From: the human T2T-CHM13v2.0 reference genome, Homo sapiens
NCBI RefSeq assembly: GCF_009914755.1
Contig: NC_060945.1
Strand: one strand, 5' to 3'
Length of the DNA: 64,000 nucleotides
Shown: in pieces, positions 42,626-58,319 of the stretch
Layout of the letters: every line of letters begins with the position of its first letter
Numbering within the stretch: the first letter of the stretch is position 1
Notes under the pieces: model-generated
Told to the model about the DNA's origin: nothing
The model's input: only the letters and a program-made list of their open reading frames with translations
Database searches by the model: none
Position numbers and translations under genes: made by a program

Positions 42626-42945
42626 CACAGAATATCATTAATCTCTTTATATAATTTGTTGGGTGGGCAGGGAAGCTTGAGAGACATATGGTTCATCAGC
42701 ATGGTAAAATAATGTGCTCTGAGAAACCTCCTATGACTAAGAATAAGGAGAAAACAAAAAATAACAAATTTATTTTGATGTCTACTTTGATTTAAAAATC
42801 ATTAGATAGAACAAACTTTGTATAACTAACTCTAAATAAAAAAGCATTTGTTTATTTACACATTACTTATAAACATACCTATGTTGAAAAATATGATATA
42901 TATATACATTACTGCAATAAACAACAGTTTAATCAGAAAAACTAA

Positions 42946-43393
<448 letters not shown>

Positions 43394-43674
43394 AGAAAGC
43401 ATAATTTTCAATAGGTGGACTTCTCTCTTTCCAAGGCTAGTGATTCATAAGGAAATGTTCAGAGGATGCTGCAAAACCTTACATCCATGAAAAGCCATGA
43501 ATATCATCTGCTTTGGCCACAGCAATGATATAGTTTTGGTCTCTTTTATCTTTCAAACTTCTTAAAGCTACTCTCATTGACTGAGAGTAAACACAATTCT
43601 TGTTCTGAGCAATCAAGTTCCTGAGAGAGTATGGAATGGTGCTAAGCTGCCTAAATATGATCCCACTAGGATTT

Positions 43675-44010
43675 ATAAAATTTGTATTTTTTACAGATAG
43701 ATAATAGTTGTACCTGTTTATGGGATACATGTGTTATTTTGATTCAAGCATACAATGTGTAATGATCACATCAGGGTAATTGGGGTATCTCTTATATTAA
43801 ACATTTTAATTTATGTTAGTAATATTTCAATTTCACTCTTCTCATTACTTTGAAGTATACAATAAGTTGCTGTTTCCTGTGATCACCCTACTGTGCTATC
43901 AAATACTACACATTATTCCTTCTATCTAACTACATTTTTGTACCCATTAACCAACCCCTTGTTTATCCTCCCCACCGCCTCCCACTATCCTTCCCAGCCT
44001 ATGGTAACTA
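43675..44010 (-). mobile_element. L1MA 3' end
   Basis: catacaatgtgtaatgatcacatcagggtaattggggtatc. Confidence 0.85.
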
Positions 44011-44557
44011 TCAAACTATCACTCTGTTCTCTTTCTCCATATACACCATTGTATTAATCACTTTCTCCATGAATATCCCTTGCTTCCAACACCTGCATTT
44101 GGATGGTGCTAGTAAAGAACATCTCAAATGTTAAATTTATTCATCTGAAATACACCATGCATTATAGTTGCCTAATACAGCCTAGAGTTTACATGAGTGG
44201 GACATTTTTTCTGTCTTCGTAAGGTACTTCTGACTCCCACAGGCAGGTGACTGCCGAGTAGGACTAAGACCCATCCCATGGCACTTTTGGCTCCTTTGCC
44301 TTGGATCAAGACCATGTGGGAAACACCTTTCTTCAGAACTGGTAGAACAACGGTGAGGCCAAAGGTGGGTCCTCGATTCCAGTCAAGGTAGGGGTAGAAA
44401 GTCATTCCACACATATACCACCTCAAGTGGAGGACCCAAGGAGCAGATCTGAGAATACCAGCCAAAACAGGTCATAGGCTAGTGCGAGGAGATGAAGGGA
44501 GTTCTGAAGGAACTATGGGAGCCAAGGCTCTCTGGCTCTTAAAAAGACACAATGAAT

Positions 44558-44680
44558 GGGAGGTGGAGGCAGGAGAATTGCTTGAACCAGGGAGGCAGAG
44601 GTTGCAGTGAGACGAGATCACACCACTGCACTCCAGCCTGGGCGACAGAGTGAGACTCCGTCTCAAAAAAAAAACAAAAA
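44558..44680 (+). mobile_element. 5'-truncated Alu (right arm only)
   Basis: TSD aaaa(ag)acacaatgaa. Confidence 0.9.
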
Positions 44681-44929
44681 CACAATGAAAAGATGGAGAC
44701 TCATAAGGAAAAATTCTGAGTACAGAAAGTACACAAATTAATCATGGCAGGAGCAAGAAGAGAGAGGTTTCAGATCTTTTGGAAGGGAATTCAAACAGAC
44801 AGAAAACAGTGAGTACTGGCAAAATAGTATTTGGGTTTATTTTTCCTGTTAGATTGAGGATTAATGCAAGGATAATTTATCAAACGTGATTCTGTGAGCA
44901 GTGAGGGACACCTTCTCACCATTTTAGAT

Positions 44930-45125
44930 ATTTCTCACTCTCAACAAGCACTGCAGTTGTAATGTTTCTTTGCTGCTATGTAGCCCACACCTTCCTCCTG
45001 GATGGTGAGATCCTGTTTCCCTAGCCATTTCAGGCCATGGTTGCTGCAATTTCTCATTAACAATTATCTCTGGGCATGGAAGAACACAGAACCCTTCAGT
45101 GAGACCCCTGAATTTCAAGTTTATT
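44930..45125 (-). mobile_element. ERVL-like internal fragment
   Basis: Minus strand ccatgccc...gttaatgagaaattgcagcaacc...gaaggtgtggg resembles the ERVL 3' internal region. Confidence 0.45.
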
Positions 45126-45979
45126 TCCTTGCACATAATCATTTATGATGTCATCTATTGTCTAAATACAAAGGAAATAATTCTGCATAAGATATATTAT
45201 ACTTACACAGTGAAGTTGTGATAGTATGTTCAAAGAGGCCTAGTTTCCATAAGTATCCACTTTGCCATCAATATATATTATTAATAAATTATATATTATA
45301 TTGGTATATTACATAATTTATAATGTTAATAAATATTTACACCACAGTGATGTTGCACATACATACACTGTTAAATTGATGGCCCCATTCTCAGTCCTCC
45401 CAACTTAGGTGGGACAGCTAATTTATTCCTCTACTATGGACTCAGTGATATATGTGACTTGTTTTGATCAATGGGAGGTTAGCAAACTTGATATAAATAG
45501 AAGCTTTAAAAAAAGTTCATCCATTTCAAAAATTGAAAAGCTTAAATCAATGCTCTATAATTTTTAATTTGAATTGAAATTTTTAGTTTGAACTCATTAC
45601 TTTTAATCTTTTTTTTAAAAAAAAAACAGAGGGTTTTTTGGCTCTCTCCATTGAAACAGCATATAAGCAATCACAATGTAGCAACAGTGAACATCACTAG
45701 TGTCCAGAGAGTCTTCTCCAAATATCAGTGTTTCTTTAAAGAAAAATAAAAGACCTCTTCCTAATCAAGGGCAGGAAAGATAAAAGATGAGTCTGGAAGA
45801 TCTTCTCATATAAGAATTAAATAATTTACCGAAGATACTACTAAAGTCTTGTCAAAAAATACTTAAACCAAATTAAAAAGGTTTCTACCAGCCCATAATA
45901 GGACAACTTGACATCAAAAAGAGAAATAACTATAATTGATGGATACACGTCAATTAATTAAAACACTATGCTATTGTCA

Positions 45980-46340
45980 TAAAGACAGACATATCGACCA
46001 ATGACCAATGGAGCAGTATGGAGAGCCCAGAAATAAACCCATATATATGCAGTTATTTGATCCTGGCAAAGATAATTATTATACACACTAGAGAAAGTGT
46101 AGTTTCTTCAACAAATGATGCTGGGGTAACTGGATATTCACATGCAAAAGAATGAAATTGGACCCTTATCAAACATCCAACAAAAAACTCAACCTGACAT
46201 AAATTAAAGACTTAAATATAAAGCCTCAAACTGTAAAACTATTAGAAGAAAACATAGAAGATTGTTGATATTGGACTGGGCAATGATTTCTTAGATACGA
46301 TGTAGTGACTACAGTTTACAATAGTGCATTGTGCACTTAA
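45980..46340 (+). mobile_element. L1M ORF2 3' fragment
   Basis: agagcccagaaataaaccc...tgcaaaagaatgaaattggaccc. Confidence 0.8.
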
Positions 46341-46373
46341 ATATTTAGGGTGATGTTATTAAAACATCTATGA

Positions 46374-46682
46374 GGCTGGGAGTGGTGGCTCATGCCTGTA
46401 ACCCCAGCACTTTGGGAGGCCAAGGCAGGCAGATCACCTTAAGTCAGGAGTTCACGACCAGCCTAGCCAACATGGTGAAACCCCGTCTCTACAAAAATTA
46501 AAAAATTAGCTGGGTGTGGTGGTGCACATCTGTAATCCCAGCTACTCAGGAGGCTGAGGCACGAGGATCGCTTGAACGTGGGAGGTGGAGGTTGCAGTGA
46601 GCCCAGATCGCATCACTGCACTCCATGCACTCCAGCCTGGGCAAGACAGAGACTCCGTCTAAAAAAGCAACAACAAAAAAAG
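46374..46682 (+). mobile_element. Alu (S type) with a 9-bp internal duplication
   Basis: TSD ...tctatgag; tgcactcca x2. Confidence 0.95.
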
Positions 46683-48079
46683 TCTATGAGTGCATAAGAA
46701 TGTTTAAGCATATTATTTTCGCAACTGCTAAATTATATACTCATTCTGGAAATTGATAAATGAAAAAATCAACTATTTTCCTCTCCTGAATAAACTCATA
46801 GATGAGAATTTTTTTTCTCTTTATAGGTTTCTATCTTCTACAGGTAGAAGTAATGATAGAATTGTAAAATCAGCATTTTGAACTTCTGGCAATAATGGGT
46901 CTAGGTAACTATTACTGAATATAAAAAACTGTAGCTAAAAAGTTTATGGGGGAGATTGTAAAATGAACCCAATCCACAATCCCAGCCTTACTAAATGTGA
47001 AGCAATGGGCCACCCAGACACCATTTACATCCTAATATTATGTAATAAAATGTACACAGAGCAACTATAAAATATCACTCTTGTCAACAAATAGTAAAAA
47101 TAACCAGAATCACATCAACCTTTGTCATCTACCTGTAGATGGTATGAGGGATAGAGGAAGATATGAAAAGGGAAAACAAGAAAGAAATCAGCCACGTCTA
47201 AAATGTAAGAATTCTATAGGACAATAACAAAGTTTCCTCGAAACAATAAAATACATTAAAAAGGAAAAAAAAGAACCATCACATCTCTAAAAAGAGTTAA
47301 AGACATGCCTAAATGTAATGAATGCGTGTCTTAATGTAAAAAAAAGACTATGAAAATATATTTGGGAAGCAATCAAGGAAAACTGATCACGAATTAACTA
47401 TTAGGGGATGCCAAATAATTTTGTAATGTCATTGGTGTGATAACGGTATTGGGGCTCTCTCTATACATATTTTTTTAGACTTCTGTTGTGATAGAGATAT
47501 TCACTGAAGTACTTATAAGAAAAATGTTGTCTTGCCTGGGATTTGTTTTAAAATGTTCAGCAGAACTAACTAACTAACTACAAAAAATGTACAGGGAGAG
47601 AAGGAACTGAAGACAGAATATTGATGATTATTAAATTCCAGGGATGTGTTTATAAAGCTTCAAAATACAATTCTATTTACTTTTATGTCTGAATGAAATT
47701 TACTTATTAAAGCAAATAATGAACAAGAAAAAAACTTAGCTGAGTATGCTAAATAAACTCTATTGTTAAAGTTATTTTTCTTTGTAGAAGATTCTCACAT
47801 AATGTATGCACAAGTAATCACAGAATTTTAAACATCAACCTTTTACAACCCATTCAATGATTAAATTAGACACAAAGTTGTCAAATATTTTAAGCTAAAC
47901 AAAGTATGAGTAAGGGCTTTAAAATAAGAATAAGAAAAACACATTAAAGGCATTTGATCATGAGAAGGCTGACACAATAGCAAAGTCATCTTGTTTATAA
48001 AGGCTTCACATTGTTTAATAAAACAAATATTCAGGAAGTATACTAATACAAATTAATAGAAAATATGCAATCAACAGGT

Positions 48080-48124
48080 CCTGTGGTGGGTCCCACCCAC
48101 CACTGAGGGTGTATATAAAAGGAC
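48080..48124 (+). promoter_or_regulatory. KRTAP20-2 proximal promoter
   Basis: cctgtggtgggtcccacccaccactgagggtgTATATAAAAgg. Confidence 0.85.
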
Positions 48125-48201
48125 TGCCTGGGCATATAGGGATATTCAAACTGAAGAAACTGATTCCTTGCTCCTCAACCAAATCCTCCACTCTTGAAAC
48201 C

Positions 48202-48399
48202 ATGTGCTACTACAGCAACTACTATGGTGGTCTGCGTTATGGCTATGGAGTCCTGGGCGGTGGCTATGGCTGTGGCTGTGGTTATGGCCATGGCTATGGA
48301 GGCCTGGGCTGTGGCTATGGCCGTGGCTATGGTGGCTATGGATATGGCTGCTGCCGCCCATCTTGCTATGGAAGATACTGGTCCTGTGGCTTCTACTGA
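48202..48399 (+). CDS. KRTAP20-2: Keratin-associated protein 20-2 (65 aa)
   Basis: [16 protein letters not shown]...[16 protein letters not shown]; TATATAAAA 48112-48120; AATAAA 48682-48687. Confidence 0.95.
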   Translation: MCYYSNYYGGLRYGYGVLGGGYGCGCGYGHGYGGLGCGYGRGYGGYGYGCCRPSCYGRYWSCGFY

Positions 48400-48681
48400 G
48401 AAATATCTGGCAACTCAACCTCGTGGTCTCTTCCACATGGACTTCCTAAATTTGCCTTCATAATTCTTCATATGAGTAATTCATTTTTCTGTTGTAAAAT
48501 GTCAACATCATCCTTAAGTATCTGGAAGAAAAAATAGGTCAGATGCTGCAAGCCTCATCTAGAGTAACTGAAATCATTTGACATGTTTCACAGATTTTTA
48601 AAAAGCTTTGTTTTGATATTGTACTGTCATTAAATTGTTGATTTTTGATCAACTTATGTGAGAAGATGTAAAATTTCTTTT

Positions 48682-48687
48682 AATAAA
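48682..48687 (+). terminator. Poly(A) signal of KRTAP20-2
   Basis: AATAAA followed by a T/GT-rich element. Confidence 0.7.
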
Positions 48688-49879
48688 CATCTCATTGAAA
48701 GTATATTTATTTGTTGCATTTTAATTATGTTTATTGTGCATGTGTGTGTTTGCATTTTGGTGTATTGGCAAATGGAATGGGAAAGAAGAAAATATGAGAA
48801 AAAGAAAGAACAATTCTTCGGAGCATCCCAAGATGACAGTGATGTTTAGGCTAGTCCAACTTCATGCATATTTCTGTTTTTCTATGAAATTATCTTTTGT
48901 TTTATTCCTACTCTTCTTAGTTTTAGCGTCAGTGTTTGAATAAGTCTGAGCGAATTTACTATATTGTGTGCAATTTATCTTTTATTTATGAACCTATTAT
49001 CTTAGCATTTGTTGACTCAAATACCTCAGATGAAATAACTACTTTATTGGCAGATTCCAATCATGTGTTATACTTTTGTTTGTTATGGGGATTTAGAATC
49101 CCATTGTCCTGATGTAAATATTTCAGAGGTATCTGTTCATCATTCCAACTTTGGATATATTCAATTAAAACAATTGAATACAGTTCTTTGGGGATACTTT
49201 TAATATTTTCAAATGAAAATTTGCAACATTGCTACATCTTATAGCACATGATGCTATCAATGAGAAAACATCCTATAGGGACACATTATCACAATAATAG
49301 AAGTAATATAATCCATTGTCTTAAAAGTGACTGGCACATAGTAGGCCCTCAATAAATATCACTTAAATGATTAAATGTCATTTGCTTAGATGATGGAACA
49401 TTAAAAAATCTATGTTATTTTAATGAATTACATTAATTCATTTGGGAGCATAATATAAATTGAAGCTGTGCACACATATACCTATATCCATGTCCAGAGT
49501 CTCATTGTCCAAATGATGACATTGTGTATAAAGGCACTACTTTAGGGAACCTGCTTGCAGGAGACATGGAGAATTCAGGCTTGGGCAGCTCTTTTCCGTC
49601 AACCAACTCTTAAAACTTTTCCATCAACAACTCCTATGTTATGTAGATAATGGTCACTTTTTTTGGCTAATACAATAACAATAAGATTGGGCTAAACTAA
49701 AATACCCTTAAAAAGAATAAATTATAATTACTTGTTAACACAAGTGAAAAATACATTAATACATTACCTACATGGATACTTAAATTCAACTGTAAGTTAG
49801 CTGCTAACATTTTATTTGAGTGATTAGTCTGAATTATAAGGTCAGTAATATTCATGGGTTGTGCAACCAACAACAGAAG

Positions 49880-50100
49880 ATTGAAAAGTCCCTGAACTGC
49901 GCCATTGGTGACATTCAATCTGAAGAAACAGAGTCCCTTCTCTTTACTGAACTTTCCATTTCTGACACCATGAGCTGAAATGGCAACTCTCTGATGCCTT
50001 GTCTCTGGTTCTGGGCTGCTCATCTAACAGTGTAATATTCTGGTCATACAGACTCTATCAGGGTTTCTCTTGAGCAACTCAACCTGCTGGACTCTTCCTG
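49880..50100 (+). pseudogene. Highly degraded KRTAP20-like pseudogene
   Basis: Family leader 'ggtgacattcaatctgaagaaac...tccatttctgacaccATG' with ATG at 49970, then AGC TGA; 'tggtcata' and 'gcaactcaacct' match the 3' ends of KRTAP20-1 and 20-2. Confidence 0.7.
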
Positions 50101-50202
50101 TTGGGCTTCCTGACTCCACTTCCATACCCACATCGGAAATACTAATTTCATCTCTAACTACTAAAGAAAAATGTAACTCAAATTCAGCATGCTGTATTTT
50201 GA

Positions 50203-50635
<433 letters not shown>

Positions 50636-50694
50636 TGTATGTTCTTTTCATATATTTCATATGAGAAAATAAAGTTTATGTTAAAATGTACACT

Positions 50695-51073
50695 TGATAT
50701 GATTTGGCTCTTTGTCTCCACCCAAATCTCATCTTGAACTGTAATCCCCATAATCCCCACATATCAAGGGAAGGACGGGGTGGGAGGTGATTGGATTATG
50801 GGAACAGTTTTTTCCCCATGTTATACTCATGTTAGTGAGTGAGTTCTCACAAGATCTGATGGTTTTGTGTTTTTGACAGTTCCTCCTTCACACTGTCTCG
50901 ATCTCTTTCTTGCCATCTTGTGAAGAAGGAATTTGCTTCTCCTCTGCCTTCTGCCATGATTTTAAGTTTCCTGAGGCTTCCGCAGCCATGCTGAGCTGTG
51001 AGTCAATTAAACTTCCTTTATAAATTACCCAGTCTCTGGTAGTATCTTCATAGCAGTATGAAAATAAACTTAC
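50695..51073 (+). mobile_element. MST/THE1 solo LTR
   Basis: tgatatgatttggc...taaattacccagtctctggtagtatc. Confidence 0.9.
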
Positions 51074-51179
51074 AATGCTCCTGTAAATTTTGTTGATTAT
51101 ACTTATATTAATTTCTCTCTATTATTTTTGCTTTTTCTGTTTGTGTGCATGTGTGTATGCGTTTTTCAGAGTGAAGCAG

Positions 51180-51191
51180 CGAGAGAGAGGC

Positions 51192-51224
<33 letters not shown>

Positions 51225-51238
51225 GAGGAATAGAGAGA
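51180..51238. repeat. (GA)n-rich tract
   Basis: Direct reading. Confidence 0.9.
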
Positions 51239-51998
51239 TTCTGATATCTCCTGCAGTTTTGATGGCCCTGAAAATTTGTTCTGAACATCAGTTCCTTTTA
51301 CCTAAGGTCATATGCAATCCAGTTTTTATGTGATTCAGCAGCCAGTGTTACATTTGGTCAGACTTCCAATTTACATTCATATAAGAACATTTTAAATGAC
51401 ATTTTTGCTCAGCAAAATAGTCTTTTTTCCTATCACTATATATAACAACCCCTGGGTTTGTCTATTTCTCAACACCCTGAGATTTGGCTGAATTACTTTG
51501 CACTGTGCTTCAGAAGAGAGGTAATTCGCTCTTCACACCTCACGTCATCTGGATGACATGGAGAGTATAGATAGAATCCCCTGTCGAGTGGCTGCTGACT
51601 GCTTGATATTTGATGTTAAAATTCTCGGGAAAGGATCTGTTGTTCACCAGCTCACCAGGACAGTGTCGAATGCACTGAGTCACTGCCTCCCTCTTATTCC
51701 ACTGTTCTTCACATCTGACAGCTCCTTTATTTTTCTTTTGAAATCCCCAAACAGCAAATGTGTCCATTTATTCCACTTGTCCTTAAGAATCCCCATACAT
51801 TGGGAAATGGCAATGAGACAACAGAATCTTACGCAATAAGATATCACTTGGGCAAAAGATGCTTTGTAATTATGTGGACTTTCTATTTGATTTTCAATAA
51901 ATTACAATATTTTTTCCCAAAAGTGGTTTAGCCATCATTGGATTTAAAAACTCAACACTATTAGTGAAATTCTGAGTGATCAACATAGGTACCAAGCA

Positions 51999-54172
<2,174 letters not shown>

Positions 54173-54184
54173 TTTTCTAGCCCT

Positions 54185-54515
54185 CTTATTCAGAAAGTTG
54201 AGCATACACACCAGCTCTCTGTCATCAAGTGAAGGTGGGGAACATAAGGTTGGGCTTAAGGGAGTTGTGAAAGCACAAACAACTTACAGAAGCAATTGGC
54301 TTGGATTCTCATGGTTTCCTCTCTGCTGAGTTGTCTCTTCTTTCTCAACATACACCTATGAATTTATGCTGATTTTCCAGTTGGAGAAGGAAAAATTAGT
54401 CCTGGATTATAGATGGTTCTGCCAATATGGTAGCACTGCCTAAAAGTGGATGACTGAAGTACAACAGATCAAATCGGGGATTACCCTAAAGGTCAGTGGT
54501 GAAGGAAAATTTTCA
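54185..54515 (+). mobile_element. ERVL-like pol (RNase H) remnant
   Basis: cctggattatagatggttctgcc (WFTDGSA-like) and cagtggtgaaggaaaattttc. Confidence 0.55.
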
Positions 54516-54917
54516 ATTATTTTTAATCATCTTAAGAAATGATAGTATCTAGATTCAGCCTGCCTTTGAGAACTTAAGTCTACATATAAGTACATGATAC
54601 AGACAGAGTCAATATCCCTACAGAAAAATTCATAGTCATGCCTTCTGTTATATTTGGGTCTCAAAAATGTCTACTTTACGTTCCTGTGACTTTGGAATCA
54701 GATAAGATTCTCAATGCTTTTCTTTTCTCCGAAGAAACATATCTACATTGCAGTGCAGGTACAAGATAATCAACCAAACAACTTTTTAAAGAATGCTTAA
54801 GGTGTGGAGAAGAAGGAACTAAACAGGCAAGAAAAGGGCACTACTTTTAAGAGAGCATAGCAATAGGAAAACTACAGAATAATATGTGATTGGTGGGAGT
54901 TTGTACAGAATAAATCA

Positions 54918-55357
54918 CAGTTGATCCTTGAACAATGCAGGGATTAGGAGTGCCAACCTCCACGCAGTTGAAAATCTGAGTATAACTTTTGACTCCCCAA
55001 AAACTTAACTACTAATAGCCTACTGTTGACCAGAAGCCTTACCAATAACATAAACAGTTGATTAATACATGCTTATGTTACCTGTAATGAGAGATTATAC
55101 TCCTATAATAAAGTAGGCTAAAGAAAAGAAAATTTTATTAAGAAAATAAAGAAAAAGAGAAAATGGATTTACTATTCACTAAGTGGAAGTGGATCATCAT
55201 AAAGGTCTTCAGCCTTATTGTCTTCATGTTGAGTAGGTTGAGGAGGAGAAGGAGGAGGAGGGGTTGGTCTTGCTGCCGGAGTGGCAGAGGTGAAGAAAAT
55301 CTGCTTAATATAAGCGTATCTGTGCAGTTCAAACTCATGGTATTCAAGAGTCCACTG
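54918..55357. mobile_element. Tigger2-derived non-autonomous element
   Basis: TIRs cagttgatccttgaaca / tattcaagagtccactg followed by TA. Confidence 0.8.
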
Positions 55358-55826
55358 TATTTGCTACTAAGTTTTATAGCGATAACATCACAGCTGTGTT
55401 GATTAAGATTTAAATATGCATATAAGAAGAAGGGTATTATTAGCAAAGTGATCGGAAGAGGATGGCATTTGCCTCCTCCACGTGATGTCATCCAACATAG
55501 CTACAAAGGTTAAATTCGGCATCAGTGTGAGTAAGGTCATGGAACTCAGTATTTTTTTTTCCTTTAAAGTCTATCAGCTGTTTGGCAGGATCATAACATA
55601 CTGAGAAGAAAATCTCAATTTTATCAGGATAGGGAGTCTTTTTTTAAAATCTAAAGATACAAGATTAATGAGATTTTTAAATACAGGTTGGTCTATATGA
55701 CAATGTCAGGAGTGCCTGTGGTTTGTCACACCTCCACTGAGACTGATAAAAGACCCAGTATTTTAGTGTTTTTATGCACTAAAACTTATGCTGGCCTCTC
55801 AGGCTAGAGACTTAAATCCTGACACA

Positions 55827-55961
55827 ATGAGCTACTATGGCAACTACTACGGAGGACTGGGCTATGGCTATGACTGTAAATATAGTTATACCTCTGGCTT
55901 TGGTGCCTTTAGAATCCTGGACTGTGGCTACAGATGTGGCTGTGGTGGGGTATGGATTTGA
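55827..55961 (+). CDS. KRTAP20-3: Keratin-associated protein 20-3 (44 aa)
   Basis: Hand translation [44 protein letters not shown]; family promoter block at 55712-55756. Confidence 0.88.
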   Translation: MSYYGNYYGGLGYGYDCKYSYTSGFGAFRILDCGYRCGCGGVWI

Positions 55962-56111
55962 CTGCTGCCACCAATATGATTATGCTACATGCTTATTATC
56001 AGGCACTGACTGAATAATATCTACAATTGGGTCCATTTTCTTATGAGACAGGGGTGCTGTTCTACTACACTTTTTTTAATTTGTTTAACCCAATTAGAAT
56101 TCTTAATGATT

Positions 56112-56388
56112 CCCTATAATCCCAGCACTTTAGGAGGCCGAGGCGGGTGGATCACCTGGGGTTAGGAGTTCGAGACCAGCCTGGCCAACATGGCAAAATC
56201 CCATCTCTACTAAAAGTTAAAAAAATAGCCAGGTGTGGTGGTGGGTGCCTGTAGCCCCAGCTACTGGGGAGGCTGAGGCAGGAGGATCACTTGAACCCAA
56301 AGGCAGAGGTTGCAGTCAGCCGAGATGGCACCACTGCACTCCAGCCTGAGCAACAAAATGAGATTCCATCTCAAAAAAACAAAAATAA
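56112..56388 (+). mobile_element. Alu, 5'-truncated, just 3' of KRTAP20-3
   Basis: Alu consensus. Confidence 0.93.
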
Positions 56389-57124
56389 TGCTTAGTTATT
56401 CAATCTAATTCTAGGCAAAGAACACACATCATTAAATTCACACTAAATCCACATCAGTGCCCCAGATTAACTACATTTTTCTCTTCCAAACTGATGTGTT
56501 TTCATAATTTACCAAGCAAATTACTTTTTGATATGTTTCAGGAGTAGGGAGCTCTAGGTTTATTTTTAATTAAACTTACTTTGGCCAGGCCAATGTCATT
56601 CATTTTTTAAATTTATTAATTACTCACTTGTTTAATAAGTCCTCATTAAGTAATTTCTATATAGGGCTTCCTGTTAAGTCTTAGTGTTACTTATGGGAGA
56701 AGAGTTTTTAAGCAGAAAAACAAATGTTTAAATAAACATGTATGCTACAACATGATAGGTGATGTAATAGCCACGTAGGAACACAGAGGAGAAGCTCATG
56801 TTTGGATGCAAAAGAGCGAGATTGTAGAGCAAACAGATCAAAAATATTCTCATTGAAGGTTACATTTGAATAAATTTTTAACCAACGAAAAATACATTGG
56901 AGGTAAAGTGTATGCCAGGCAGGGGAAACAAATATGCAAAGCCATGAAAAAAGTATTGCACTGCAAAGTCATAAATTGATGTTATTTCTTGAGAGAACAG
57001 TGGGCAAAGTCACTGGCAGGAAATGAAGCCCTGGGCAGTGAAGAGAAACTAGAACATCAAGGCCATATATATTTTGCAATGGGTGTACTGGATAATGTTT
57101 TATAAAGTTGTAATATTTTCCTTT

Positions 57125-57440
57125 ACCTGGATGAGATTGGAAACTATTATTCTAAGTGAAGTAACTCAGGAATGGAAAACCAAACATCGTATGTTCTCAC
57201 TGATATGTGGGAGCTAAACTATGAGGATGCAAAAGTATAAGAATGATACAATGGACTTTGGGAATGTGGGGGGAAGGGTGAGAAGGAGGTGAGGGATAAA
57301 AGACTACAAATATGGTGCAGTGTATACTGCTTGGGTGACAGGTGCACCAAAATCTCACAAATCACCACTAAAGAACCTACTCATGTAATCAAATACCAAC
57401 TGTACCCCAATAACTCATGGAAAAATAAAATAAAAATAAG
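57125..57440 (+). mobile_element. L1 3' end
   Basis: aagtgaagtaactcaggaatggaaaaccaaacatcgtatgttctc. Confidence 0.9.
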
Positions 57441-57940
57441 AAGCGCATGTTTTATACAAATAATTATGGCATCCAATTGAAGGAAAGGTGGCCAAGGAGT
57501 ATGACCACAGACCAAACGACCATTCTGGAGGCTGTGTAAGCAGCCAATGCAAGGTCTTAATGTAAAAGCGGCAACTAAGATTCCTATGAAGGCCTAGATC
57601 AAATAGATTATTATGGGATAGAAGTTAAAGAACATGCCCATGTGGTATGAGAATGGAGGGGGCTAAGGAATAAAACAGAGCACAAAATAAACAAGGACTT
57701 GAACAGTCAACGACTGACTGTGGAACTAATGGCACATGTGATACGGGAATCGGAACATTTGGGGGACAATCAAAGTGGAGCCGCAAAAGTTTACTCGAGT
57801 ACACGTAAATGTCATCTGTGGGAGGGCCAAATAAAGATTTTTCCTGGCAGGTTGTTACAAAAATCTACAACTCAGGAGAAAACTGAGTTTTAAATATAGA
57901 AAATAATTGGATAAAGTTCGTCGTAACTTCAGAAATACAG

Positions 57941-58319
57941 TGTATTAGTCCGTTCTCACTCTGATCTGAAGAAATATCCAAGACTGGGTAATTTATAAAG
58001 GAAACAGGTTTAATTAACTGACAGTTCTACATACCTGGGGAGGCCTCAGGAAACTTACAATCATGGCAGAAGCGGAAGAAGTCACGTCCTTCTTCACAAG
58101 GCAGCAAGAAGGAGAAGAATGAGCACAAGGGGGAAAATCCCCTTATAAAACCATCAGAAGTCGTGAGAAAGTACTCGCTCTCAGGAGAACAGCAGCATGA
58201 GGGTAACCACCCCATGATTCAATTACCTCTCTCTGGGTCCCTCCCATGCCACCTGAGGATTATGGGAACTGCAATTCAAGATGAGATTTGGGGAGGGGGA
58301 ACAAGGCCAAACCATATCA
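57941..58319 (-). mobile_element. THE1 solo LTR
   Basis: tgtattagtccgttctcac...ccaaaccatatca. Confidence 0.92.

Noticed and set aside
55478-55492. E-box/CRE-like ccacgtgatgtca upstream of KRTAP20-3
   Set aside because: Single short motif not shared by paralogs; compatible with chance.
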